Assembly (NCBI RefSeq): GCF_006345805.1
Contig: NC_043005.1
Span: forward strand, 26,474,001 to 26,538,000
DNA length: 64,000 bases
From: Octopus sinensis
Lineage: Eukaryota
Direction of reading: 5' to 3'
Shown here: positions 13,350 to 26,639 of the stretch, piece by piece
Layout: the number at the start of each line of letters is the position of its first letter
How positions within the stretch are numbered: position 1 is the stretch's first letter
Translations under genes and position numbers: made by a program
The notes under the pieces: model-generated
Database searches by the model: none
Seen by the model: the letters and a program-made list of their open reading frames with translations, nothing else
What the model was told of the DNA's origin: nothing

Positions 13350-14860
13350 TTTATGTATGTATGCGTGTATGTATGTATGTTGTATGTATGTATGCGTGTA
13401 TGTATGTATGTATGTATGTATGTATGTATGTATGTATGTATGTACGTATGTATGTATGTATGTATGTATGTATGTATGTATGTATGTATGTATGAATGTA
13501 TGTATGTATGTATGTATGTATGTATGTATGTATGTATGTATGTATATATGTATGTATGTATGTATGCATGCATGCATGTATGTATGTATGTATGTATGAA
13601 TGTATGTATGTATGTATGTATGTATGTATGTAGGTATGCGTGTATGTATGTATGTATGTATGTATGTATGTATGTAGGTATGCATGTATGTATGTATGTA
13701 TGTATGTATGTATGTATGTATGTATGAATTATGTATGTATGTATGTATGTATGTAAGGTATGCGTGTATGTAGTATGATTTATGTATGTATGTATGTAGT
13801 ATGCTGTTGTATGTATGTATTATGTATGTATGTATGTATGTATGTATGTATGTATGTATGTATGAATGTCTTATGTATGTATGTATGTATGTATGTATGC
13901 ATGTATGTATGTATGTAGGTATATGTATGTAATGTATGTATGTATGTTGTATGTATGTATGTATTATGTATGTCTGTATGTAATGTATGTATGTATGTAT
14001 GTATGTATATGTGCAGATTTATATGTTTTGCTTTATGTATGTATTCTCATGCATATAGTTGCTTATCTAGACATGCTCATATATATTTACATGATAAACT
14101 TCGGGAAAGTTTTACAGATTTTTACAGTTCCAGTGATGGATTGGATCTGTAGTCTTGGAATTAGCTTTCTCCTTTCTGGTTTTGAGAAGCCTAATTTCTC
14201 AAGAGTGGTATTTAAGCAATGTGTTACATATCCCAGGGCCCCAGTATGTATGTATGTATGTATGTATGTATGTATGTATGTATGTATGTATGTATGTATG
14301 TATGTATGTATGTATGTATGTATGTATGAATGTATGTATGTATGTATGTATGTATGTATGCATGCATGCATGTATGTATGTATGCATGCATGCATGTATG
14401 TATGTATGCATGCATGTATGGATGTATGTATGTATGTAATGTATGTATGTATGGATGTAATTTATGTATGGATGTAATGTGTGTATGTATGTAATATATG
14501 TATGTATGTAATATATGTATGTGTGTATATATATGTGTGTATGTATGCATGCATGTATGTGTGTATGTATATACGTACGTTCCAATGTATATATATATAC
14601 GTATGTTTGTATGTATGTATATTTGTATGTACGTATGCATGTATGTATGTGTGTATATATGTATTGTATGTACGTATGTATGTATGTAGTGTGTGTATGT
14701 ATATGTGTATGTATGTATGTATGTATGTATGTATGTATGTATGTATGTATGTATGTATGTGTGTGTGTGTATGTTGTGTATGTATGTATGTATGTATGTA
14801 TGTATGTAGTATGTATGTATGTATTTATGTATGTATGTATGTATGTATGTATGTTGTGTG
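13350..14860. repeat. (TATG)n microsatellite field interrupted by a LINE 3' end
   Basis: Direct reading. Confidence 0.95.
14008..14244 (-). mobile_element. 3' end of an RLE-type (restriction-like endonuclease) non-LTR retrotransposon embedded in (TACA)n
   Basis: Encodes GALGYVTHCLNTTLEKLGFSKPERRKLIPRLQIQSITGTVKICKTF...*, matching the GALG...L..LG...LQ...GT..I C-terminus of RLE elements; a 3' UTR then (TACA)n follow. Confidence 0.7.
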
Positions 14861-14964
14861 TGTATGTTCTAATCATTTCCTCTTTCGCAACATTTATTCT
14901 GTTTTTCTAATCAACGAACTTTCGCTTTTTTCACATTAACCATCCATCTTACTCAATAAAGTAT

Positions 14965-14997
<33 letters not shown>

Positions 14998-15350
14998 CAT
15001 ACACATGCACACACATACACACGCACACACACGCATATTTAGTCATACATATATAAACGCATTAATGCATTATACATATATCAAAATACAAATATATTCG
15101 AAAAACACCATACATCATACATATGTACATATATACACGCATATATTTATTTATATTATTATATGATTGAACGCCACACATCTATTTCTAAGTAGGTTTA
15201 TATACACACACACTCACACACACACACACATATACATACATATATACATATATATATAAATATACATATATATAAATATACATATATATATAAATATTAT
15301 ATATATATGTATATATATATGCATGGATATATATATATATATATATCTAT

Positions 15351-15395
<45 letters not shown>

Positions 15396-15451
15396 ATATA
15401 ATAGATAGATAGATAGATAGATAGATATACATACATACATACATACATACA

Positions 15452-15486
<35 letters not shown>

Positions 15487-15950
15487 GTGTATGTATATAT
15501 ATATGATCTCTTGGGGCTAAAAGCTACAGTAACACCCACCCTTAGTGGTTAGCCATATTGAGATGGCTAGTATACTTTACGTTGTCGAGCGGTTACTGTT
15601 TACATCTCGTTCAGAGATTTATTATTGCTTGCAAATAAAAAAAGGAAAATGAAGAGAAAAGGCGTGGGTGGCAAAAGGAGAGTGAGGACTGGAGCAGAAA
15701 TTGCGAGAGCGTGACACACACACATACATATACGAACGCACGCACATACGCACCCACGCGCGCACGCAGGGTATTTGAGATAATTTTGACGATTTCTGTC
15801 TCCTTTTTTTTTTTCCCGGAGCAGCTTGAAAAGTCAACGGCGTTGGAGAGCATAAAGATTAAATTTGTAGTTGAGAAAGTGTTAACTGACATGAGAAAAG
15901 ATCATATATATATATACATACACATATATATGTATATATGTATGTATGTA

Positions 15951-16037
<87 letters not shown>

Positions 16038-16039
16038 TG

Positions 16040-16250
16040 CTTGTGTGTGTCTTTGTCTCAGCATTTGTTCTCCCATCACTGCTTGACAAACGGTGCTGGT
16101 GTCTTTACCTCCCCGTGACCTAGCTGTTCGACAAAAGATTCTGATGGAATAAAAGCTAGGCTTAAGAAATAAGTTCTCAGGCCGATTTGTTCAACTAAAA
16201 TCCTTCAATGCGGTGCTCCAGCATGGCCGCAGTCAAATGACTGAAATACG
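16040..16250 (+). mobile_element. SINE family A (older subfamily), 3' half
   Basis: GCTTGACAAACGGTGCTGGTG...GCGGTGCTCCAGCATGGCCGCAGTCAAATGACTGAAA. Confidence 0.85.
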
Positions 16251-16509
16251 TATGTATGTATGTATATATGTATGCATGTATGTATGCATGTATGTATGCA
16301 TGTATGTATGTATGTATGTGTGTATGCATGTATGTATGTATGTGTGTATGTATGTATGTATGTATGTATGTATGTATGTATGTATGTGTATGTATGTGTA
16401 TGTATGTATGTGTGTATGTATGTATGCATGTATTTATGTATGTGTGTATGTACGCAATGTGAATATTGGAAAAGACTGACTTGTATTATGATGATTTGCG
16501 CTGAATTTC

Positions 16510-16861
16510 AAAATGATGGAAGCACTCCGTCGGTTACGACGACGAGGGTTCCGGTTGATCCGATCAACAGAACAGCCTGCTCGTGAAATTAACGTCTAAG
16601 TGGATGAGCACTCCACAGACACGTGTACCCTTAACGTAGTTCTCGGAGATATTCAGCGTGACACAGAGAGTGACAGGAAGTAAGAGTGAGAGAAAGTTGT
16701 GGTGAAAGAGTACAGCAGGGATCACCACCATCCCTGCCGGAGCCTCGTGGAGCTTTAGGTGTTTTCGCTCAATAAACACTCACAACGCCCGGTCTGGGAA
16801 TCGAAACCGCGATCCTACGACCGCGAGTCCGCTGCCCTAACCACTGGGCCATTGCGCCTCC
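16510..16861 (-). mobile_element. tRNA-derived SINE, family E
   Basis: Head GGAGGCGCAATGGCCCAGTGGTTAGGGCAGCGG...GGTTTCGATTCCC has A and B boxes, then a non-tRNA body. A decayed relative lies at ~33230-33390. Confidence 0.8.
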
Positions 16862-17227
16862 TAATTTGAAAATACCGACATCATGACTCCATCTCGGTGT
16901 TCTGCGGACAATGTAAAGGTAATAAACCGTGAAATGGGCAGATTGTGCCGCTGCAACAGAGACTGCGAGGACGTGGTTAGCAGGAAGTGTCGCAGTAGGT
17001 GTCGTGACTACGTCTGCTCGTCGGTGTTTATTCACACATCTTTACTGTAATTTCGAAGTTTTCACCAGTGAAGGCAATCCAAACGAGGCTTCAGCTGGCC
17101 GAGACTTCGAAGGCACTGTCAACAACTGTCTTGTTGAAGAATGAACTTTTTCTTTACAAACGTATGAAATAACTCATCAGATTAATTTCAAACTGTAATT
17201 GTTATAACAGAATATAAAAACAAGCAT

Positions 17228-17300
<73 letters not shown>

Positions 17301-17313
17301 ATATATATCTGTA

Positions 17314-17344
<31 letters not shown>

Positions 17345-17722
17345 GTATTTGCTGCAATATTTGCAGCCTTAATAAAGCTGGTCTTTGTACGAAACAATTG
17401 TACCGAAATATTGATCCATTTTTGTTGCTTTTTTCTTGTTTATAATCACCCCGCATTATCTTATGGTTAATACCATATAGATTTCTGGTGCATCTAAGTT
17501 AAGTACTGCATTCATGTGAATTCAACAGAACTCACTTGAATCTTAATTGCTTGATTTTTTAATGTCTTTACCCCCATACTTTCGTGAGTTGAATTGAGCA
17601 AACACTATATGAGAGAGATTTTCTTTAAGTGTTAGAAATAGTTTAAAAAAGTTTTTTTAGCTACTATTTCTAATGAGTTCAGTATGTGGCAAAGTAATTT
17701 ATTTTACTAAGCCCTTTTATAT

Positions 17723-17770
<48 letters not shown>

Positions 17771-17885
17771 GGTGTGTGTGTGGGTGTGTTGTGTGTGTTG
17801 TGTGTGTGTGTGTGTGCATATATATGTATGTATATATATATGTATGGTTTTTTTTATATATACCCAGGTCTATTCCCCGTTTTTA

Positions 17886-18385
17886 GGAGGGGGTAGCCAC
17901 AACAAGACTCACCCCAGGCATTCCATTCGTTTCCCAGCTGAAAGAGGTAAGTCTCGTTGATATGCTCGGGTCAAGGCATAGAACGCAATTCTCGATATCA
18001 GCAGCGGGGCCCGACAGTATTTGCTGGTTTACCCCCACCGCATCATGCTTGTTCCGTACCCCTTTGAGCAACATCAAAATTCACTCATCCCTCCACAAAC
18101 ACTCTCCAAGCTTTCCTATCATTTATAAACTCTCTCGCCTCTCTCACTCCAACACCTCTAACCACCGAAGCTTTCTTCACTCCATCTGTCCACACAAACC
18201 GAGGTCTGCCTCTGGTTCTGCTGCCTACCACTTCTGCTTTTATACCCCTCCTTACCATCCGCTCCTCACCCATCCTCTCCATGTGGCCAAACCACCTCAA
18301 CATTCGTCTATCCATTTTGCTCCCAAACGTCTTATCTCAAACACATCTAGCCGCCTCCTTTCCGCCTCTCTCAGCCCCCACGTCA
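17886..18385 (-). mobile_element. RTE-clade LINE 3' end (C-terminus and 3' UTR)
   Basis: LRWFGHMERM...RGRPRFVWTDGV is the typical RTE C-terminal motif. Confidence 0.85.
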
Positions 18386-18399
18386 GTATACATACATAC

Positions 18400-18547
18400 A
18401 TACGTAAGTAGCTTGTTTACCAACCACATGGTTCCCAGTTCAGTCCCACTGCGTGGCACCTTGGGCAAGTGTCTTCTACTATAGCCTCGGGCCGACCAAA
18501 GCCTTGTGAGTTGATTTGGTAGACGGAAACTGAAAGAAGCCCGTCGT
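18400..18547 (+). mobile_element. SINE family A head fragment
   Basis: Head and core match family A. Confidence 0.85.
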
Positions 18548-18656
18548 ATATATGTTATATATATATATATATATATACATACATTCATACATATATATAG
18601 TGACGCATATTTGCCATTGAATATGGGTAACCCTAAGGGTGGATGCTACTGTAGTT

Positions 18657-18704
<48 letters not shown>

Positions 18705-19002
18705 ATTATGCTTAGGGATTGCGAGAGCAATAATCCGGTGTAGAACTCAATATATGTACATATGCTTCAGAGCGAAGTGTTAGATGAGGATAGAGCAGGA
18801 ATAAGAAAATAAAATGACAAAGGAAAAGATGATTATCTTATGCCCTTCGTCAGCCTACGGTGGTGTTTTGCTGTGTGTGTGTGTGTGGTGTGTGTATGTG
18901 TGTGTGTGTGTGTGTATGTGTGGTGTGTGGTGTGTGTGTATATGTGTGCTTGCGTGTATATATATATTATTATATATATATATATATATATATATTCTTT
19001 TA

Positions 19003-19337
19003 TTCTTTTACTTGTTTCAGTCATTTGACTGCGGCCATGCTGGAGCACCGCCTTTAGTCGAGCAAATCGACCCAGGGACTTATTCTTTGTAAGCCCAGTA
19101 CTTATTCTATCGGCCTCTTTTGCCGAACCGCTAAGTGACGGGGAAGTAAACACACCAGCATCGGTTGTCAAGCAATGCTAGAGGGACAAACACAGACATA
19201 CACACACACATACACACACACATATATATATATACATATATACGACAGGCTTCTTTCAGTTTCCGTCTACCAAATCCAATCACAAGGCATTGGTCGGCCC
19301 GGGGCTATAGCAGAAGACACTTGCCCAAGATGCCACA
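19003..19337 (-). mobile_element. SINE family A, 5'-truncated
   Basis: Tail and body match family A; it stops inside the core. Confidence 0.9.
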
Positions 19338-19750
19338 CAGTATATATATATATATGCATGATGAGGGCAGCTGCATCGAACTCTCTCATGCACCAAATGG
19401 TAATTGCTAAAAAGCATTCGTGAAGTAAAATCATGTAGCAACACCAAATGGCGGTGCCCCAGCATGGCCACAGCTTGTGAGCTGAAACTAGATAAAAAAT
19501 AAATATATATATATGCATATATATATATGTATGTATATTATAATATCAAGGGCTGTTACTCTCTGTAAAAACCCTTGCTATTATAATATATTTTATATAT
19601 AAAGGAAAAAATTATATACCTTGTATTAGTTTTTTTCCTTAATTAGTTTTAAACGCTGGCTACTCGATAAAATCTTATATAGGTTTTATCCTTATACGCA
19701 CACAAACACACACACACACATATATATATATTTATGTATATATATTATGT

Positions 19751-19782
<32 letters not shown>

Positions 19783-19827
19783 TGTATGTATGTATGTATG
19801 TATACATCGATATGTATATACATGTAT

Positions 19828-20037
19828 ATATGTGAAGTATTATTACTGTTAAAAACAGTAATAATGAGGTGGCTAGCAAGACTTCTACCTAAACAGGTAT
19901 AATATAAAATATTTGAAGAAAAGAAGGGTAAACGTACCGCTTGCTAAAAATCAAAGCGAAAGCTTCAAAAAGCCACCAATTCTACGATAAATACACTTTG
20001 TTTTTACTGTTTTTAACAGTTATAATACTTCACATAT
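19828..20037. mobile_element. MITE-like element with 34-bp terminal inverted repeats
   Basis: 19828-19861 and 20004-20037 are reverse complements with 1 mismatch. Confidence 0.7.
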
Positions 20038-20094
20038 TTACTTTTTTATTGTTTACGATACATTTCTCTTTAAACGAAGCGGGACATTTACAGC

Positions 20095-20470
20095 TAGAAA
20101 CGCATACGCGTTGACGTAATGAATGTTGTAGTGACGCTATCCAACAGTGCGCGCGCGCGCAACGTCATCTTCAGTTCGCGTGTGCGGGGTTGGAGCCTTC
20201 TGGAAAGGCAGAGGGTAAGTGCCCTCTCGCGCATGCGCGAAGACCGGAAGGATGAAATGATGATGTGGCATTTTAGCTGACAGGAGGCGAGGGAGCGTGA
20301 ACCTTAACCAAAAAGCGTCCAGAGACACGTAGCAGTCAGCAGAAGGCTTTCGATACCAAATTGTTGCAGACGTATTTTCTTCGCTCTCTAAGGACGCCAT
20401 ATTTGACCAGCTCTGTTTGCTGCTGAACTTGTAAGATTCTTACAAGCGTAAAGTTCAGCCTTACCTCATC
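20095..20470. promoter_or_regulatory. CpG-rich promoter-like island
   Basis: Locally CpG-dense in an AT-rich background. Contains TGACGTAA (20112), the perfect palindrome TCGCGCATGCGCGA with an NRF1-type GCGCATGCGC (20227-20240), an ETS-type CCGGAAG (20244), a YY1-like AAATATGGCG on the minus strand (~20396-20405) and a consensus plus-strand donor GAGG|GTAAGT (20214/20215). Confidence 0.65.
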
Positions 20471-20510
20471 CAGAACCAAGTGGAACCAAATATACCCCAC
20501 CTTTCTCTTA
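20465..20510 (-). other. Candidate 46-nt internal exon
   Basis: Bounded by the acceptor CTCTTTATTTTTCTTATAACAG and the donor GAG|GTAAGG. Confidence 0.35.
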
Positions 20511-22329
20511 CTGTTATAAGAAAAATAAAGAGTATATATTTTTACTGTTGCGTTTTGTGTTCTTTGAGACTGGTAGAATCTGGAAATTTAAGGAACGGAA
20601 ATTGTGAATGCACCCGAGTTGCACCCCAAAAGTGCAAGAAGCAACTAATTCCCGTTACAATGTTTTTGAAATTGATGTTAAATACTGTCTCCAACTGATG
20701 ATTGCAAAGCATGTTTCTCGTGCACATCATGAAATCAATTAATATTGATAACGTATCTGCAAAAAGATAGAATGACAGCTTTCAAATCCTGTTTCCTGGG
20801 CGAAAATGATCAAATTTTAAACCTCTATAACTTTGTCTTTTTTTCTTTAATTTCTCATAAATGTGAAATAACTCCAGCAATTCAGCTTGGAAAAACTACA
20901 TAAGTGAACCAAATTTTAAAATTTTTAATAAACTTTGATTTTTGAAATCTTGGCAGCCAAACAGAAAAATATCCGTTTGGTAAATGAAGGTTGAATTTTT
21001 TTTTTCTTTCTTTTGTAATTACACTGTAGCGGCTCTGAAAGCGAGAACGCATTCGACATTGTTGCACTGTCTGCGTCTGAAAAGGAGGAATGGTCACGCA
21101 AGGAAATGAGATGATATGGAAAGTTATTATTCAAAGTTTCACTCGCTTAGAGTTGATCTGAGGCTAAACAACAGCAACAACAATTGGGCTGTGTTTAAGA
21201 TCGATTTGCAGCTTGTCCACTATGATGACACTTAATAAGAAGACCTTAGGAGCCATTCATTTAAACTACACCCACCCTATTTTCTAGAACTTTGTGACCC
21301 GGCGCCTATTTTGTTGATTTACGGGGCGAGAGAAAGAGTAGAATAATGGTCTAAATGTCTTTAATTTTTCACATCTACATCTCTAAATTCAAATTCTACA
21401 ATGAATATTTTATTTCAACTCCAATGGGAGAAATAAGTGAGTAGCAGTCATACGCTGGTTCAAATTCAATCGAGTTTTCTGTAACTTTATAAACCACTTT
21501 AGATAATTTGAGGCATCTTGATGACTGAAAAACTCATTATGTTGGCAAGAAATCTTTATTTCTTTATTTCATATAATTGAGTCGGCTTGATAGGTAGAAA
21601 TATAACTTTTCTTATAACACCAGACCATACTATTATAAAAGACAGAACTATAAAAAACCAAAACACTCCAAGAGCAATAGCAAATATTAATTCCATTAAA
21701 AAAAAAAAAGCCAGACATAAAATTACCAATAACCGTTTTCTTTTCTTTTTTTTTTCCACCATTCTTTTAAATTAATTCCAAATATTTCTTTGTCAATGAC
21801 AAGAAAATTATTTATATCACAACCAGTTGCGTAGCAGAGATTAATTCGTATAAACCACTCAGCAGGATAACAATATTCCAGACAATATCATATGCTAGAA
21901 ATAGCAACAAATTTTCCTTCAATTTACACCGTTTCATGTATCTATGTAAGTAAGCCACATGGTTTGGAATTCAGAGTCACTGTGTGGCACTTAGAGCATG
22001 TATCTTCGTCTATAGTCCGGGGCCCATTATGAATTTGGCAGATATAGCTATATGTCTATGCGTATGTGTCATTGTGCCTGAGTTTCTCACTCCCGCAACG
22101 TCTAAACAACCAATGTTGTTTTCTTTACGCTTCCCTAACTTAGCAGCTCGTCAGCAGAGGCTAAGTACCAGTCTTAAAAAGGTTATAAGTCCTGAGGGTC
22201 TATTTGTTCAACTAAAACCCTTCAGGCGGTGCCCCAGCGAGGTCACGGTCCAATAACAGAAACAATTAAAAAACAAAAAAAATCAAAGAGAAAATATGTA
22301 ACAAAGCCTAAATGTTAAGAGTGTTGGAC

Positions 22330-22576
22330 GATATAATTTTTAATTACCACAACCAACTGATTAGTACAAGACTTGATTAAAATTAGGATCAAAAAGAAAT
22401 CTGCCCTAATTTGCATAACAACACATTAATCATAACGTTATGTAATGGTTTAATTAATTAATTAATTAGTTAATTATTCCCATTGCTAATGCTTGCGCTA
22501 TTATATATATGTTAAAGTCTGTATACATACATAAATACATACATACACATATATACTATATATATATATGTATATA

Positions 22577-22615
<39 letters not shown>

Positions 22616-22622
22616 TACATAT

Positions 22623-22668
<46 letters not shown>

Positions 22669-22696
22669 AATAATATATATATATATATATATGTAG

Positions 22697-22727
<31 letters not shown>

Positions 22728-23623
22728 GTATGTATGTATGTATGTATGTAGTTGCAACATTTTCTCTCCAGTTGACCATGCTTTTTTCAATAATTGACCA
22801 TCATAATTTATTAAAATGCTTTAAGAACTTAGATCATTAGTTTCCGCCTCTACAAATCATATCTAATTAACACAAAATTATAAAATGTATAACTATAGAA
22901 GCTTTAGTAATTAAAAAATGCACAGCAAAATCAGCACACGAGTAATTCACACTTAACCGTTATATAATTTATAATCTGGATGTGAACGGTTTAATTATAA
23001 CGTTATCATTACCTATTTCCATGAACCTTTGCGACCTACTGCAAAGCTCTCAAACTACGCGCCGCTATTACCATCATTTCATTCTGATGATAAAACCAGG
23101 AAGGTGTTGAAACGTCGATTTATATATTTAGGAAGGTTATTATTCTAGACTAAACAAACTGCAAACAAAGACGTATCTTTAATGTGAAGTGTTTGAAAAG
23201 AAAAGTTGTTCCTTATTGATACAAACATATATTATTAACCCGACGAAGGCTAACTGGCCGACATTTCGAAGTCACTGTCANNNNNNNNNNNNNNNNNNNN
23301 NNNNNNNNNNNNNNNNNNNNNNNNNNNNNNNNNNNNNNNNNNNNNNNNNNNNNNNNNNNNNNNNNNNNNNNNNNNNNNNNGATATAATTTTTAATTACCA
23401 CAACCAACTGATTAGTACAAGACTTGATGATTAAATTAGGATCAAAAAGAAATCTGCCCTAATTTGCATAACAACACATAATCATAAAGTTATGTAATGG
23501 TTAATTAATTAATTAATTAGTTAATTATTCCCATTGCTAATGCTTGCGCTATTATATATATGTTAAAGTCTGTATACATACATAAATACATAATACATAC
23601 ATATATACATTATAATATATATA

Positions 23624-23680
<57 letters not shown>

Positions 23681-23776
23681 ATATATACATAATACATATA
23701 TACTATATATATATATATTATATATATATATAGTATAATTATATGTATGTATATATATAATATATATATATAGTAG

Positions 23777-23807
<31 letters not shown>

Positions 23808-24363
23808 TGTATGTATGTATGTATGTATGTTGCAACATTTTCTCTCCAGTTGACCATGCTTTTTCAATAATTGACCATCATAATTTATTAAAATGCTCTT
23901 TAAGAAACTTAGATCATTAGTTTCCGCCTCTACAAATCATATCTAATTAACACAAAATTATAAAATGTATAACTATAGAAGCTTTAGTAATTAAAAAATG
24001 CACAGCAAAATCAGCACACGAGTAATTCACACTTAACCGTTATATTAATTTATAATCTGGATGTGAACGGTTAATTATAACGTTATCATTACCTATTCCA
24101 TGAACCTTTGCGACCTACTGCAAAGCTCTCAAACTACGCGCCGCTATTACCATCATTTCATTCTGATGATAAAACAGGAAGGTGTTGGATGTTGAAACGC
24201 GATTTATATTTAGGAAGGTTATTATTCTAGACTAAACAAACTGCAAACAAAGACGTATCTTTAATGTGAAGTGGTTTGAAAAGAAAAGTTGTTCCTTATT
24301 GATACAAACATATATTATTAACCCGACGAAGGCTAACTGGCCGACATTTCGAAGTCACTGTCA
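22330..24363. other. ~950-bp duplication flanking a 100-N scaffold gap, probably an assembly or haplotype overlap
   Basis: 22330-23280 is repeated at 23381-24363, differing mainly by small indels, and the junctions coincide with the gap edges. Confidence 0.85.
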
Positions 24364-24479
24364 TCACTCTTCTTCTCAACGTATGATAAATATGTACTGT
24401 ACTAAATGTTTTAAGTAATTCTTCAGTTTAATGTAGAGTTGTTTTTATTATAACTACGCATAAAACAAGCATTAGCATC

Positions 24480-24589
24480 AATCTACCTATCCATTATTCT
24501 ATCTATCTATTTATCTATCTGTCTATCTATCTATCTATCTATTTATCTATCTATTTACCTATCTATTTATCTATCTACTTACTACCTAC

Positions 24590-24625
<36 letters not shown>

Positions 24626-24679
24626 TTATTTATCTATCTATCTATCTACTTACTACCTATCTATCTATCTATCTATCTG

Positions 24680-24714
<35 letters not shown>

Positions 24715-24763
24715 GTCTATCTATCTATCTATCTATCTGTCTATCTATCTATCTATCTATCTG

Positions 24764-24834
<71 letters not shown>

Positions 24835-24859
24835 GTCTATCTATCTATCTATCTATCTG

Positions 24860-24921
<62 letters not shown>

Positions 24922-24922
24922 C
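24480..24922. repeat. (TATC)n microsatellite
   Basis: Direct reading. Confidence 0.95.
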
Positions 24923-24938
24923 TAATATTTATACAACA

Positions 24939-25232
24939 TATAAGGTCCTTTCAAAAAGTATCCGAGCTTTGGGCATAACAAAAAAAACGCAAAAACAATT
25001 TTACCCTTTTCACAAACTTTATTTAATCCCTTTCAAAATACACTCCTTCTGTGTATTTCGCCCATTTCTCCCAGCGGTTCTGCAACTGCTAGTACCTTCT
25101 GGAACGCCTTCTCTCGAATGCTATGGGACTCCGTTGACGCTTTTTTCCCTTTCGCGACTCAAATCGCTTCCTTTACAGCGTGATTTTTAGATTGAGGAAG
25201 AACCAGAAGTCGCACGGTGCCAAGTCAGGACA
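24939..25232 (-). mobile_element. mariner-type transposon 3' end relic
   Basis: TIR-like TAAGGTCCTTTCAAAAAGTATCCG. The minus strand encodes RKRFES...AFQK...QNRWEK...EGVYFERD*, the mariner transposase C-terminus. Confidence 0.7.
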
Positions 25233-25436
25233 TTAGAAAGTATGAAAGGCAAAGTTGACCTCGGCGGAATTTGAACTCAGAACGTAACGGCAGACGGAAT
25301 ACCGCTAATAATTTTGCCCGGCGTGCTAACGATTCTGCCAGCACGCCACCTGATAATGATGACGGCGACGACGACGATGATGATGATGATGATGATTTGC
25401 CAAAGGCAGGCACAGTTTTGAGGGTTTTACACATAT

Positions 25437-25938
25437 TTTTTACTTGTTTTAGTCATTTGACTGCGGCCATGCTGGAGCACCGCAAATCGACCCCCCCAGG
25501 ATTTATTCTTTGTAAGCTTAGTACTCATTCTATCGGACGCTTTTACCGAACCGCTAAGTTACGGGGACGTAAACACACCAACAACCGTTGCCAAGCGATG
25601 GTGAGGGGGACAAACACACACACACACACAAACATACACGCACACACACATATGTATATATATATATATACGACCCCGGGACTTATTCTTTGTAAGCCCA
25701 GTACTTATTCTATCGGTCTCTTTTTGCCGAACCGCTAAGTTACGGGGACATAAACACACCAGCATCGGTTGTCAAGCAATGCTAGGGGGACAAACACAGA
25801 CACACAAACTACACACATATGTATATATATATATATACGACAGGCTTCTTTCAGTTTCCGTCAACCAAATCTACTCACAAGACTTTGGTCAGCCCGGGGC
25901 TATAGTAGAAGACACTTGCCCAAAATGCCACGCAGTTG
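25437..25938 (-). mobile_element. SINE family A with an internal tandem duplication of its 3' body
   Basis: The TTATTCTTTGTAAG...CAAACACA segment occurs twice (~25500-25650 and ~25680-25830). Confidence 0.85.
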
Positions 25939-26415
25939 GACTGAACCCGGAACCAGATAAAATAAAGAAGAAAAGTAGGCATACACGGTATACAATAAAA
26001 CATAATAGTATAGCAAAAATTGTGAGATAGTGGTGAGGGCGAAAGTGGTGGTGAGGTTGTGTTACTGGTGATAGCGGCGGTGGTGGTGGCGGCGGCAACA
26101 ATTGTCGTGAATAATTTGCTGTAAAACCGTGTAATGTTTGTTTCCTCCAAAGTTCAAAGAGAGTGACAAGGCAACACCTGCAACGGGGGTACGAACACGT
26201 CACCTGACAACTGGTCTTTAAACTCGTAGCGGAAATGGGCGGTAGCTAAGGCTTTCCTGACTTGTTGACAGTAGTAGCAGCAGCAGCAGTAGCAGGAGCA
26301 GCAGTAGCAGCCTTGGCCGCAGTGGAAGTGGTAATTGCGGACGTGGTGGTGGTGGTGGTGGTAGTGGTGATGATGGTCATGGTTGAAGTGGAAATAGTGG
26401 TGGCGGTGGCGGTGA

Positions 26416-26475
<60 letters not shown>

Positions 26476-26639
26476 CAGCAGCAGCAACGTAGCCGCAGTG
26501 GAAGTGGTAGTCGTGGACGTGGTGGTGATGGTGGTGGTGGTGACGATGGCGGTAGTGGAAATAATGGCGGTGGTGGTGATGATGATAGTAGTAGTAGTAG
26601 TAGTAGTAGATAGTAGTAGTAGTAGTTGTTGTAATGGTG

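Noticed and set aside
16790-16861. tRNA gene (also the heads at 54440-54500, 46858-46930 and 63358-63445)
   Set aside because: A and B boxes are present, but I could not build a complete cloverleaf, and each continues into a repeated SINE body.
21556-21762. Hydrophobic ORF resembling a membrane protein
   Set aside because: T-rich minus-strand composition explains the F/L/I bias; no clear splice boundaries or recognisable family.
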